Source: Cyclobacteriaceae bacterium (lineage in GTDB: Bacteria; Bacteroidota; Bacteroidia; Cytophagales; Cyclobacteriaceae). From it: a DNA stretch of 61,548 bases. The notes beneath the pieces were generated by a model. The model made no database searches. It was not told the DNA's origin and worked only from the letters and a program-made list of their open reading frames with translations. The stretch spans positions 1-61,548 of the forward strand of contig JAIBBB010000001.1 of the NCBI GenBank assembly GCA_019694905.1. Reading direction: 5' to 3'. Made by a program: the position numbers and the translations under genes. This document shows, in pieces, positions 9,907 to 19,152 of the stretch; position 1 is the stretch's first letter, and each line of letters opens with the position of its first letter.

Positions 9907-10323
9907 ATGAACGCACTTCCAATCCGCCATCTTCAGCACATCGGTATCCCGGTCACTTCTATTGACCGTTCTATCCGTTTTTATCACAATCTCGGTTTTG
10001 TCAATTCTATGATGTCAACTTTTGACAGACCGGGCGGGAAAGGACACGTGGCAATGATGAAGATGGGAGATATCACGATTGAATTGTATGAGATGCCCGC
10101 AGACGAACTGGAAGAAGTGAAACTGAGAAAGCACGGTCACGTCGACCACATTGCATTCGATGTGGCCAATATCGACGAAGTGTTTGGTGATTGTCTCAAA
10201 CGAGGATTGGCCATACAAGAACCAGCGCCTGTCTTGCTTCCGCGGTTTTGGGATAGCGGTTGCAAGTATTTTAATATAGTCGGTCCGGATGGAGAGAAGC
10301 TTGAGTTCAACCAGATACTGTAG
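9907..10323 (+). CDS. VOC/glyoxalase family protein
   Basis: LQHIGIPV, IELYE, DHIAFDV and GPDGEKLEF motifs. The start could also be 9877. Confidence 0.85.
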   Translation: MNALPIRHLQHIGIPVTSIDRSIRFYHNLGFVNSMMSTFDRPGGKGHVAMMKMGDITIELYEMPADELEEVKLRKHGHVDHIAFDVANIDEVFGDCLKRGLAIQEPAPVLLPRFWDSGCKYFNIVGPDGEKLEFNQIL

Positions 10324-10432
10324 CACCTGACTTTCCCTGTTGCAGGGGATCTACGGAAGGCTGGTCAAAAGAACGTTGGTTGGTTAACCCCTTTAACTTA
10401 AATTGTCTGCACTCAATCACTTTCAATCAACC

Positions 10433-12967
10433 ATGAGAATTCTTGCCATTCTGTTGCTGTCATCTTTTTGGGTGTCTGTTACCGCCCAACCTGCCTATTT
10501 CTATCCTGCTGCCAGAGTGCTCAACCCTGATATCCCGTCCCCGGAACAGTTCCTGGGGTACCCCATCGGATCGCATCACACACGGCATGACAAAATTGTG
10601 GAGTACTTCAAGCGACTCGATCAACTTTCTGACAGAGTTGTTGTGGAGGAGATAGGTGAAACCATTGGCCACAGGGCGCAAATCGTTGCAAAGATCACCT
10701 CTCCTGCCAACCACGGTAGACTGGAAGAAATCAGGAAGAAGAATCTGGAAGGAGCCACTGATATTCCACTGGTCATTCAACTGGGATACAACGTTCACGG
10801 AAATGAACCTTCGAGTTCAGAAGCTGCTCTGCTAACCGCGTACTATCTGGCAGCCAGCAATGATGAGGAAACACTTCGGTGGCTCAATGACCTTGTGATT
10901 CTGCTTGATCCGGTCTACAATCCGGATGGCCGCGACAGACACACACATTGGGCCAACATGCACAAGGGCTCTCCACTCGTGGCCGATCCGGCAGACCGTG
11001 AGCACAATGAGGCCTGGCCCGGGGGCCGGACCAACCATTACTGGTTTGATCTGAATCGTGATTGGTTTCTTGGCGTTCATCCGGAGAGCAGAAACCGTAT
11101 CAGATTTTTTCACCAGTGGAGACCCTATCTGATGACTGATCACCATGAAATGGGCACCAACTCTTCGTTCTATTTCGATCCCGGTAAGTACACAAGCAAC
11201 AACCCGGTTGTTCCACCTTTTATCTATGATGTCGTTCATCCGAAATTTGCCGGGTATTTTGCCAATGGGATGAATTCTATCGGGTCCCTGTATTTCACTG
11301 GCGAGGTTTTTGACAAACTGTATCCAGGGTATGGATCGAGCTATGTGAACTTCTATGGCGGCATTGGCTTCCTGTTTGAACAGGCGAGTTCCCGTGGCCA
11401 CCTTCAGGAGACTACAACCATTCCACTCAGTTTTGCTTTTACAATAAGGAACCATTTTACCGCCGGGCTTGCCACCATTCGCGGCTCTTTTGGTGAGAAG
11501 GATCTTTTGCACAAGCTTCGTCAGAACTTTTACAGCAGTGCAATGACACAGGCCAAAGCCAACCCCATCAAGGGCTATGTTTTTGGCGACAGCAAGGATA
11601 ACACCCGAAACAGGGCCTTCGTTAATTTGCTTCTCATGCACCAGTTGGAGGTGTATGAATTGGAGCAATCCATGACTGCCAGCGGCAAGACATTTGAAAA
11701 GGGCAAGGCCTGGGTTGTGCCCACAGAGCAGGCAAACTATATCATGGTGCGAACCGCGTTTGAGAAAGAGATCGTGTACCGCGACAGCACATTCTATGAT
11801 GCTTCCACCTGGTCTCTGGTGCACGCCTTCAACATGCCTCATGCTGAATTGAAGGCGACTTTTGCCAAAGGCAAAAGAATCATGGAAGTGAATCCTGTGA
11901 AGCCCACGGCGGTTGTCAAAAGCAATTACGCCTATCTGGCTGATATCGCAGATTATAATGCGCACCAGGCAATCTATCAACTGCAACAAGCCGGCGTGAT
12001 TGTTCAGACAAGCCTTCGCCCCTTTGGAATGGTAATCAATGGTGCGGAGCGGAAATTCGCACACGGTACACTGGTGGTTCCAGTTCAGCAACAGCGGCTA
12101 TCGGCTGACAAACTATTTGAGGCCATCAAGACGGTACAGACCGCCACCGCGCTTGAATTTGTTTCAGTGGAAACTGGTCTCACTGAAACGGGTATTGAGT
12201 TGGGTTCGGGACAGGTTCGCACAGTTGTCACTCCCAAGGTGATTATGCCAATTGGCCCCGGTGTCGCTTCTGCAGAGGCGGGTGAAATCTGGCATTTGCT
12301 TGACCAGCGCGTGGGTATGCCTGTGGCCAAGGTAGATGTGGCAAATTTTGGCAGAGTCAATCTCGCTGCCTACAATGTGATGATCATGCCTGGAGGCAAC
12401 TACTTTGCGGACAAAGCAACTGCAGAAAAGATCAGGGCCTGGGTGCAGGCAGGAGGTACGCTGATTACTTTGAAAGGCGCATCAGAATGGGCGATCAAAC
12501 AAGGTCTCACGAAGGAGAAAATGGTGGTTCAGGACACGGTGAAAGGTCCAAAGCGCATTAATTACGAAGATGCAGCAGACACTGAAGGTGCGCGCCAGAT
12601 TGGCGGTTCAATTTTTCAAGTCGACCTTGACATCACGAACCCGATTGGATTTGGTTACAATGACCGGAAGGTCTCTGTATATCGCAATGGACGCACATTT
12701 CTGAAGCCTTCGAAAAGCCCCTATACAACAGTGGCGCAGTATACGCCCACCCCACTCATCGGCGGATACCTGCATAAGTCGGATATGAAGAATGTCGCAA
12801 ATTCAGCAGCTGTGTTGTTGAGTCCCGATGGCCAGGGGAGGCTTATACTCTTTTCTGATAACCCGAACTTCAGGGGGACCTGGTACGGCACCAACAAGAT
12901 GTTTTTGAATGCCATATTCTTCGGAAACCTTCTTTCCTTGCCGACCAATCCATCGGAGGAGGAATAG
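10433..12967 (+). CDS. Exported M14-family zinc carboxypeptidase
   Basis: Signal peptide; VHGNEP (HxxE), NPDGR, DLNRDW and DHHEM motifs; C-terminal glutamine-amidotransferase-like domain. Confidence 0.9.
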   Translation: MRILAILLLSSFWVSVTAQPAYFYPAARVLNPDIPSPEQFLGYPIGSHHTRHDKIVEYFKRLDQLSDRVVVEEIGETIGHRAQIVAKITSPANHGRLEEIRKKNLEGATDIPLVIQLGYNVHGNEPSSSEAALLTAYYLAASNDEETLRWLNDLVILLDPVYNPDGRDRHTHWANMHKGSPLVADPADREHNEAWPGGRTNHYWFDLNRDWFLGVHPESRNRIRFFHQWRPYLMTDHHEMGTNSSFYFDPGKYTSNNPVVPPFIYDVVHPKFAGYFANGMNSIGSLYFTGEVFDKLYPGYGSSYVNFYGGIGFLFEQASSRGHLQETTTIPLSFAFTIRNHFTAGLATIRGSFGEKDLLHKLRQNFYSSAMTQAKANPIKGYVFGDSKDNTRNRAFVNLLLMHQLEVYELEQSMTASGKTFEKGKAWVVPTEQANYIMVRTAFEKEIVYRDSTFYDASTWSLVHAFNMPHAELKATFAKGKRIMEVNPVKPTAVVKSNYAYLADIADYNAHQAIYQLQQAGVIVQTSLRPFGMVINGAERKFAHGTLVVPVQQQRLSADKLFEAIKTVQTATALEFVSVETGLTETGIELGSGQVRTVVTPKVIMPIGPGVASAEAGEIWHLLDQRVGMPVAKVDVANFGRVNLAAYNVMIMPGGNYFADKATAEKIRAWVQAGGTLITLKGASEWAIKQGLTKEKMVVQDTVKGPKRINYEDAADTEGARQIGGSIFQVDLDITNPIGFGYNDRKVSVYRNGRTFLKPSKSPYTTVAQYTPTPLIGGYLHKSDMKNVANSAAVLLSPDGQGRLILFSDNPNFRGTWYGTNKMFLNAIFFGNLLSLPTNPSEEE

Positions 12968-13130
12968 CCCTCCGATTGAATCATCTATCGATAAGGAGTA
13001 ATTTCAAACAGACTCTTTTTCGGATTTGATTCCCAAATTGAATCAGCAGCATTTCAAAAAGCTGCCTTCAGGCTTTGATTTTGATGTGGCACTGTTTTTT
13101 CCTTGTCATTGGAAACAAACAGACACAAAC

Positions 13131-13271
13131 ATGAAACAGACCAGAAATTTTGATTTTAACGGGTATCAACACACGCGCGTGATGCCCTTAAGCGTAAGAC
13201 TCATCAAGTATTACCTCATGCTCGCTGCCTCAGCCAGTGTCATTGTGATCGCCCGACTCATCGAGAGCTAG
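13131..13271 (+). CDS. 46-aa single-TM microprotein A
   Basis: MKQTRNFDFNGYQHTRVMPLSVRLIKYYLMLAASASVIVIARLIES; A-rich leader before the ATG; aligns with the next ORF. Confidence 0.6.
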   Translation: MKQTRNFDFNGYQHTRVMPLSVRLIKYYLMLAASASVIVIARLIES

Positions 13272-13312
13272 GACCTTTCAACCCCCGTTTTGTTTACTCT
13301 AATCTCTGGCGT

Positions 13313-13453
13313 ATGAAAACCAACAACGGGTTTCCAATCCGGGAAAGTGGCCACAGCTACATGCTTCCTGTATCAGCCTATTTTGTGAGGCAATATGTAC
13401 TGGTTGCCTTGATGATGGCGCTTATTCTGGCAGTGAGTTGGATGGAGCGGTAG
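13313..13453 (+). CDS. 46-aa single-TM microprotein B (not in ORF track)
   Basis: MKTNNGFPIRESGHSYMLPVSAYFVRQYVLVALMMALILAVSWMER; same length as A and aligns without gaps. Confidence 0.6.
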   Translation: MKTNNGFPIRESGHSYMLPVSAYFVRQYVLVALMMALILAVSWMER

Positions 13454-13529
13454 ATCAGCCATACCGTTCGACCTGTTGGCAATTTCGACTTTAACCTGAT
13501 AGCGTTATCTTGTTCTGAAACAGGATAAG

Positions 13530-15044
13530 ATGAAAAGACTATTTGCTGCCGCGCTGATTGCTTTCGTTTGCTCAACCGGCCAGGCGCAGTTACTGGAAAC
13601 GGTAGTTGAACAAGGTAAAGTATCGGGAGTCAGGGCCGGCAAGGTGGCCGTGTACAGGGGTATTCCATTTGCAGCTCCTCCGATTGGTTCTCTTCGGTGG
13701 GCACCACCACAACCCCCTGTTCCATGGGTCGGTGTCCGATCGTGTGATCGATTCGCTGCGAGCCCGGTACAAAACAAGCCTGCACCATTTTCAATGTGGA
13801 CGGAAGAGTTTATTGCTCCTCCGGAACCACTCAGTGAGGACTGTCTTTATCTCAATATCTGGACCGCCGCAGCCAGCGCGGGCGAAAAGCGACCGGTGCT
13901 GGTGTGGATTTACGGTGGCGGATTTGTATCCGGATCGGGTGCGTGCGCAGTCTATGATGGAGAAGCCATGGCTGCCCGGGGAATCGTTCATGTGACGATT
14001 AACTATCGGGTTGGTGTCTTTGGATTTATGGCGCATCCCGAGCTTTCAAAGGAAGCTGGGACTTCTGGTAACTATGCCATTCAAGACCAGATTGCAGCCT
14101 TGCAATGGATTGGGAAGAACATTGCAGCGTTTGGTGGCGACCCAGACAACATTACAATCGCAGGTCAATCCGCAGGGTCATTCAGCGTCAATGCGCTACT
14201 CTCATCTCCGCTGGCGAAAGGACTTTTCCACCGGGCGATTGCGCAAAGTGGTGGATTGATGAAATCTACCCGCTTGCGATCCCTGACCGAGGCTGAGAAG
14301 ACAGGGACTCAGGTTGCATCGTTGTCAGGTAACAAATCAATTGGTGAACTCAGGAATCTTTCATCGGACGAAATTCAATCATTGTCTGGCAAACTGCCTT
14401 ATGGGAGTTTTGCTCCAGTGCTGGATGGAACTGTATTGCCGACAGATATAATTGCTCATTATCGATCAGGAAAGAATAATTCGGTACCTGTGATGACCGG
14501 TTGGGTGACCGGCGATGCTGCGCTTACGCAACGGGGACAAGTTACGGCTGCCGGTTTCCGTGAATCTGCCACACAGCGATTTGGTGACCGCGCACCTTTA
14601 TTCCTCCAACTTTTTCCTGCTTCGTCGGATGAAGAAGCCCGGCGATCGCAGAGTCTTCAGTCGCTCATTGATTTTGCCGTGGTCCAATCACATCTGATGT
14701 CAACACTCAATCAGGCACCGGCTTATGTGTACCAGTTCAGTTTTGTTCCGACAGACAAGCCGGGCTTTCCGAACTATGGTGCTTTTCATACTTCAGAAGT
14801 GCCCTTTGCGCTGCATACCCTTGCACGGTGGAATCGCCCCTGGCAATCACGTGACTTAACGATGGAATCCATGATGTCTTCTTATTGGATCAATTTTATC
14901 AGGACAGGCAATCCCAATGGCCCCGGTTTGCCAATCTGGTCGCCCTATGGGGCGAAAGATGCAGTGGTTCTTGAATTGGGAGAGGAGGTAAAGCCGCGAC
15001 CAGGTTTGTATAAGAAGGAGATCGAGTTCCTGCTCGATCAGTAA
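13530..15044 (+). CDS. Exported type-B carboxylesterase/lipase
   Basis: Signal peptide; SEDCLYLNIW, YGGGF, GQSAG nucleophile and GAFHTSE motifs. Confidence 0.92.
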   Translation: MKRLFAAALIAFVCSTGQAQLLETVVEQGKVSGVRAGKVAVYRGIPFAAPPIGSLRWAPPQPPVPWVGVRSCDRFAASPVQNKPAPFSMWTEEFIAPPEPLSEDCLYLNIWTAAASAGEKRPVLVWIYGGGFVSGSGACAVYDGEAMAARGIVHVTINYRVGVFGFMAHPELSKEAGTSGNYAIQDQIAALQWIGKNIAAFGGDPDNITIAGQSAGSFSVNALLSSPLAKGLFHRAIAQSGGLMKSTRLRSLTEAEKTGTQVASLSGNKSIGELRNLSSDEIQSLSGKLPYGSFAPVLDGTVLPTDIIAHYRSGKNNSVPVMTGWVTGDAALTQRGQVTAAGFRESATQRFGDRAPLFLQLFPASSDEEARRSQSLQSLIDFAVVQSHLMSTLNQAPAYVYQFSFVPTDKPGFPNYGAFHTSEVPFALHTLARWNRPWQSRDLTMESMMSSYWINFIRTGNPNGPGLPIWSPYGAKDAVVLELGEEVKPRPGLYKKEIEFLLDQ

Positions 15045-15068
15045 GTGTGCAGCCTCGCAGAGTGTGTA

Positions 15069-18000
15069 CTATTGTCCTGACAGAATGAACGCACCCCAGT
15101 AGTAGGGATGCCCGAATTGGGTTTTTAATTTCTGCTGTGCTGACCGGAACGATGGCAGCGGATTGCCTTTGGCTTTCCAAAGGCGATAGAACTCCTTCAT
15201 CAATTGCTGGGTAGCCTGGTCGTCCACTTTCCACAGTGACATCAGCACCGATTGCGCACCCGCTGCACGAAAGGCACGATTCAGGCCATAAACGCCCTCA
15301 CCATTTTGAACCTGGCCGAGTCCCGTTTCACATGCCGACAACACCACCAGTGAAGTCTTATTCAACTGGAGGTTCAGTACTTCCCACGCTGTAAGAATGC
15401 CATCCTCAGCTTCGTCAGCGCTTTTTCCGTGTGCGATGGTTTCGCCAGCACCAGTTAGGAGCAAGCCTGACCGCAGCAATGGATGTTCACTGAGTTTGCG
15501 AGCTGTGACACCAGTAATGCCGCGCCCCTCGTCTGCCGTGGGTATTTCTGACAGGAAGAAGCCGTGCGTGGCGATATGCAGCAGGCCAGGCGCCTCCATC
15601 TGTTTCATCTGTTCCTCAGAGGCGGCCGAATTCAGCCACGTTGTTACCTCAATGCCAGACTCCTTCAGTAAGGGAAGTATGCCATTGACTTCCTCCTTGG
15701 TTCCGGGCAGCTCACTTACTTCACCATTCTGCATGAAGCGTGAAGCTACTGTATCAGCCGTTACGGCCTGATAATTGACATCGCTGGTGAAGTTCCTGTT
15801 CCCTTTGCGCCCTGAACGATGCTGGTAGTCAGGAAAGCCAATCAAGGTGGCCTTTTGAATGGGGAGGGCAGGCTTTTCCTGCAACAAGTCGGCCGTGTTG
15901 TTGAGAAATACAAAGCTGACTTCATCAATCAGGTACTTGCCTGAAGTTGTATTAAAGAATGTGCCGGGATTCAAGAAGTTATAAGCACCATCAGGTGAAA
16001 AGTAGACCCGATTGATTCCAGAGAGATGATTTTCGAAGGGTTTCCAGAACTGCTGCCAGCTGTACGGGTCATCCAATCGTTGGCGAATGGCATTCTGATA
16101 GAAGGGCGCATAGCGATTGTCGAGTTGATCTCCGTTTTCAAGCACAACCAGTTTCGGAGGACCTTGAGACTTGAGAATGATAGCTGCATAGCGCACGCTG
16201 CGCACCATCCGACGGGTAAACACCGAATCGGACTTAAGTTTCACCTCCCGTATTTTGCCGGATTCACTGCGTACGCTGAGGGTAATTTGTTCCTGCTTTG
16301 TCAGTCTGTCCAATTCTGACCCATCGCGTCCTTTCAGAACCACACCGTTCATGGAAAGAATGATGTCACCCACCTGCAAGCCGGCTTTGGCTGCGGGGCA
16401 ACGTTGTGACCGGATGTCATAGACGACCCACTCGCCATTCGGAAGCGAGTCGTATTTGAAGCCTTTGCCCATGAAGCTAAATACATCATCATAGCGAGGC
16501 TCAATGAGCTTTACAATTTCGACGGCGGCATCATTGCTATTGAGTTTCTTCTGCACGTCTTGCCACCTGGGGGCGCTCACGGCGAGATTGGCAAATAACT
16601 CCGAGCGCTGGCTGAGTTCGCGTTCTATCCGCACGGCCTGTTGTTCCAGTTCTTTTTCTTTTATCCCCATGGTTTCTTTCTCCTGGGTCGACAGTTGATA
16701 GGCGTTAGCCAATTGGTCACGCGCCGATTGCCATTGTTTGAACAAGTCTCGCATGACAGGGTCGCTATTGGTGGCAACCAGGTCGCGCACGCGCTGAGTG
16801 GAGCGGAACAGAAGACCCTTGGTCATGAGTTGAACATCCAGCATCTGCCCGATCTCCTCCGGGTTAACTTTGCCATCGCGAATGGCAAAGGCGTTGTAGG
16901 CATTCAGGTCAGCATATACCCTTCTATAAAAGAGCGATTTGTCAGATTCGGAAAGTGCGGGAAAAAAGTTTTGAACCTGGTAGAGCTGATGCTGGAGTAA
17001 TTCATGGAAGAGCGGCCTCGCAGCGGTGTAATCACCCGCAAACAAATGTTCCATGGCCAGGTCTGAAGTGGCAGACAGATAACCGGAGCTTTTGTTTCCG
17101 GATGTTTGCTCGTAGTAGTTCCGGGCGTTGAGCAGCAATGGAATGGCTTCGCTGTGCTTCTTGTCTGCACTGAGAAAGTTTGCGTACTGTGAGAGCGCCT
17201 TCTGCTGGGCCGCGCCAGCAGCGCTCTTCTTCTGTATTATTGGAATAGCCTGATTGTAGAGATAAGCAGCCCTTCCGCGCTCATGCAGCGCCTGAAGTAC
17301 ATCAGCCTCGTCAATTGCCGCGAATGCATAGCCAAGGCTTGCCGAGCCATTTTTTCTGGATTGATATCGGGTGACTTGCTCAAATTGCCTCAGGGCATCT
17401 TCTGGATAGCCCCAATGCCGGTAGACACTACCCAGTTTAGAAACTACACCATAGTATTGTTCGTCGTTGCTTTCCTGGTTTTCCTTTGTTTGTGTCTTGT
17501 TCAGTAGCGACATGACATCGAGGTACTTCCCTTCTGCAGACTGATCATTGCCAATGCCCTGATAAAACTCTCCTTCATACACGAGCACCATGACTTGTGT
17601 GGTAACATCATCGCCAAGGTGCTCCTTTGTGATTTTGGATGCCTCTTGCAGCAACTGAAAACCCTTGGTCAGGTTTCCAATCTGACGGTAACAGTAAGAC
17701 ATACCACAAAGCATTGTAACGTAATTGCCAAAACGTTTCTGCTGCAGCATGTAGCGTCCAATCATGTCTGAAGACTTTTCAAAGAGCTGTACTGCTGTCT
17801 TGTATTGCTGCTTTGAGAGCGCTTCACCCAGTTTGTCCACTGAATCCTCCATTTCCTTGAGGCCCAGCGCCGCAGACATTGTCACCTGGTCCTTCTTGCT
17901 TAATCCGCTTTCCGGTGATTTCAAGTTGCGCAGGAAGGCATCGAAGAGCTTGAATTCCTGGCTTTGCTTGCCCTGATGTTGCTCCACATAACCAAGTGCT

Positions 18001-19091
18001 GACTCCACGAGAGCGATGGCATCATCTGTCCGCCCATTGGCGGAATGGTAGCGAACCGCTTCCATGAGGTTGACGAGGTACTCATCTTCGTTCTTGCTGG
18101 TTGCCGGATAAGCAGCCAGGAATTTCTGAAAGTAGGACTCAGTGCCTGAACTATACACTCGCTTATCATTGCAAAGGCTGACAATCAACTTGAGATTTCG
18201 CATGTAGCTCGTGAAGTCAGTCTCTTTGAAAGTTTCATTGATGACCAATGCATCGCCATACGCCTTCAATGCCCGCTCGGTTTGCCCCTGCACTGCACTC
18301 ATTCGGCCCAGCGTGATGAGCCCTTCGGCGTAGCCTGCGTCGCGCTGTCCCAACTGAATTTTGTCATTGATGTACTTTTGAGTAGCCCTTTCAATGGGTT
18401 CAAATCGCGCATATTCCTTCCTTCCAATCGTGAAAGAGGCCCAGTCGCGCAAACCGAAAGCGGCGTCGCTGTATTTGGCAGGAAGTACCCGTGCCATTTT
18501 TTCAAAGTAGATATGCAGGGAGTCATCTTTACCGATGGAATGGCGGTAGTCGCGGGCATAGCGAAGAGACCAATAGTAGTACTGCTCATCCATCAGACCG
18601 GCCTTTTCCCGCCAGCGAATGCAATAGTCCAGCATCCTGATGGCGACGTCCTTGTAGTTGTTGTCGCCTAGATTTATGGCGATCTTTTCGCCCCAGACCA
18701 AGAGATCATTTTGATCGCCGGATAGTTTGGCACCCAATCGCATGACTTCGTGCCATTCTTGGATTACATCATTGTATCGTTTCAGCTGCAAATTGGCGAA
18801 GGCCAGGTCCTTGAGTACATTCCTGTGTTCGACAGATATATCTCCGTAGAGTTTCACTGACAGAGCCGCAAGTTCTGCAAAGGCCCGCCTGGCCTCTTCG
18901 TATTTGCCTGAGCTGTACAATCCCACTGCTGTCGGGTATTGCGCGGCATAGTAGGCAGTTGAGTTTTTGCCGGACCGATTGGATAACCCGGCGGCATTTT
19001 CCCTATTCGCGTCCCTCGTTGAGTCAACCTGCGCGATGGCCACGACGGGAAATAGAAATAACAAGATCCGTAAGCAATTCATGATTGGCAA
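15069..19091 (-). CDS. Exported TPR + PDZ-like + CHAT domain protease
   Basis: Signal peptide (start may be 19082); helical repeats; PAAKAGLQVGDIILSMNG PDZ motif; CHAT motifs HIATHGFF, LSACETGLG and PYYWGAFIL. Confidence 0.88.
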   Translation of the reverse strand: MPIMNCLRILLFLFPVVAIAQVDSTRDANRENAAGLSNRSGKNSTAYYAAQYPTAVGLYSSGKYEEARRAFAELAALSVKLYGDISVEHRNVLKDLAFANLQLKRYNDVIQEWHEVMRLGAKLSGDQNDLLVWGEKIAINLGDNNYKDVAIRMLDYCIRWREKAGLMDEQYYYWSLRYARDYRHSIGKDDSLHIYFEKMARVLPAKYSDAAFGLRDWASFTIGRKEYARFEPIERATQKYINDKIQLGQRDAGYAEGLITLGRMSAVQGQTERALKAYGDALVINETFKETDFTSYMRNLKLIVSLCNDKRVYSSGTESYFQKFLAAYPATSKNEDEYLVNLMEAVRYHSANGRTDDAIALVESALGYVEQHQGKQSQEFKLFDAFLRNLKSPESGLSKKDQVTMSAALGLKEMEDSVDKLGEALSKQQYKTAVQLFEKSSDMIGRYMLQQKRFGNYVTMLCGMSYCYRQIGNLTKGFQLLQEASKITKEHLGDDVTTQVMVLVYEGEFYQGIGNDQSAEGKYLDVMSLLNKTQTKENQESNDEQYYGVVSKLGSVYRHWGYPEDALRQFEQVTRYQSRKNGSASLGYAFAAIDEADVLQALHERGRAAYLYNQAIPIIQKKSAAGAAQQKALSQYANFLSADKKHSEAIPLLLNARNYYEQTSGNKSSGYLSATSDLAMEHLFAGDYTAARPLFHELLQHQLYQVQNFFPALSESDKSLFYRRVYADLNAYNAFAIRDGKVNPEEIGQMLDVQLMTKGLLFRSTQRVRDLVATNSDPVMRDLFKQWQSARDQLANAYQLSTQEKETMGIKEKELEQQAVRIERELSQRSELFANLAVSAPRWQDVQKKLNSNDAAVEIVKLIEPRYDDVFSFMGKGFKYDSLPNGEWVVYDIRSQRCPAAKAGLQVGDIILSMNGVVLKGRDGSELDRLTKQEQITLSVRSESGKIREVKLKSDSVFTRRMVRSVRYAAIILKSQGPPKLVVLENGDQLDNRYAPFYQNAIRQRLDDPYSWQQFWKPFENHLSGINRVYFSPDGAYNFLNPGTFFNTTSGKYLIDEVSFVFLNNTADLLQEKPALPIQKATLIGFPDYQHRSGRKGNRNFTSDVNYQAVTADTVASRFMQNGEVSELPGTKEEVNGILPLLKESGIEVTTWLNSAASEEQMKQMEAPGLLHIATHGFFLSEIPTADEGRGITGVTARKLSEHPLLRSGLLLTGAGETIAHGKSADEAEDGILTAWEVLNLQLNKTSLVVLSACETGLGQVQNGEGVYGLNRAFRAAGAQSVLMSLWKVDDQATQQLMKEFYRLWKAKGNPLPSFRSAQQKLKTQFGHPYYWGAFILSGQ

Positions 19092-19152
19092 AATTGGTCA
19101 ATCAGGACCAGGCAGGCACTACCGAGTTCTCGGTATTTTGTCCTGTTGATGG

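Noticed and set aside
10832-12091. 419-aa antisense ORF
   Set aside because: It lies wholly opposite the M14 peptidase and has no recognisable motifs, so it is a shadow ORF. The same applies to the other short overlapping ORFs in the track.
209-19091. Craspase/CRISPR-linked or retron-type defence role for the CHAT proteins
   Set aside because: There are no cas genes, arrays, reverse transcriptase or gasdermin-like neighbours, and both proteins carry signal peptides.
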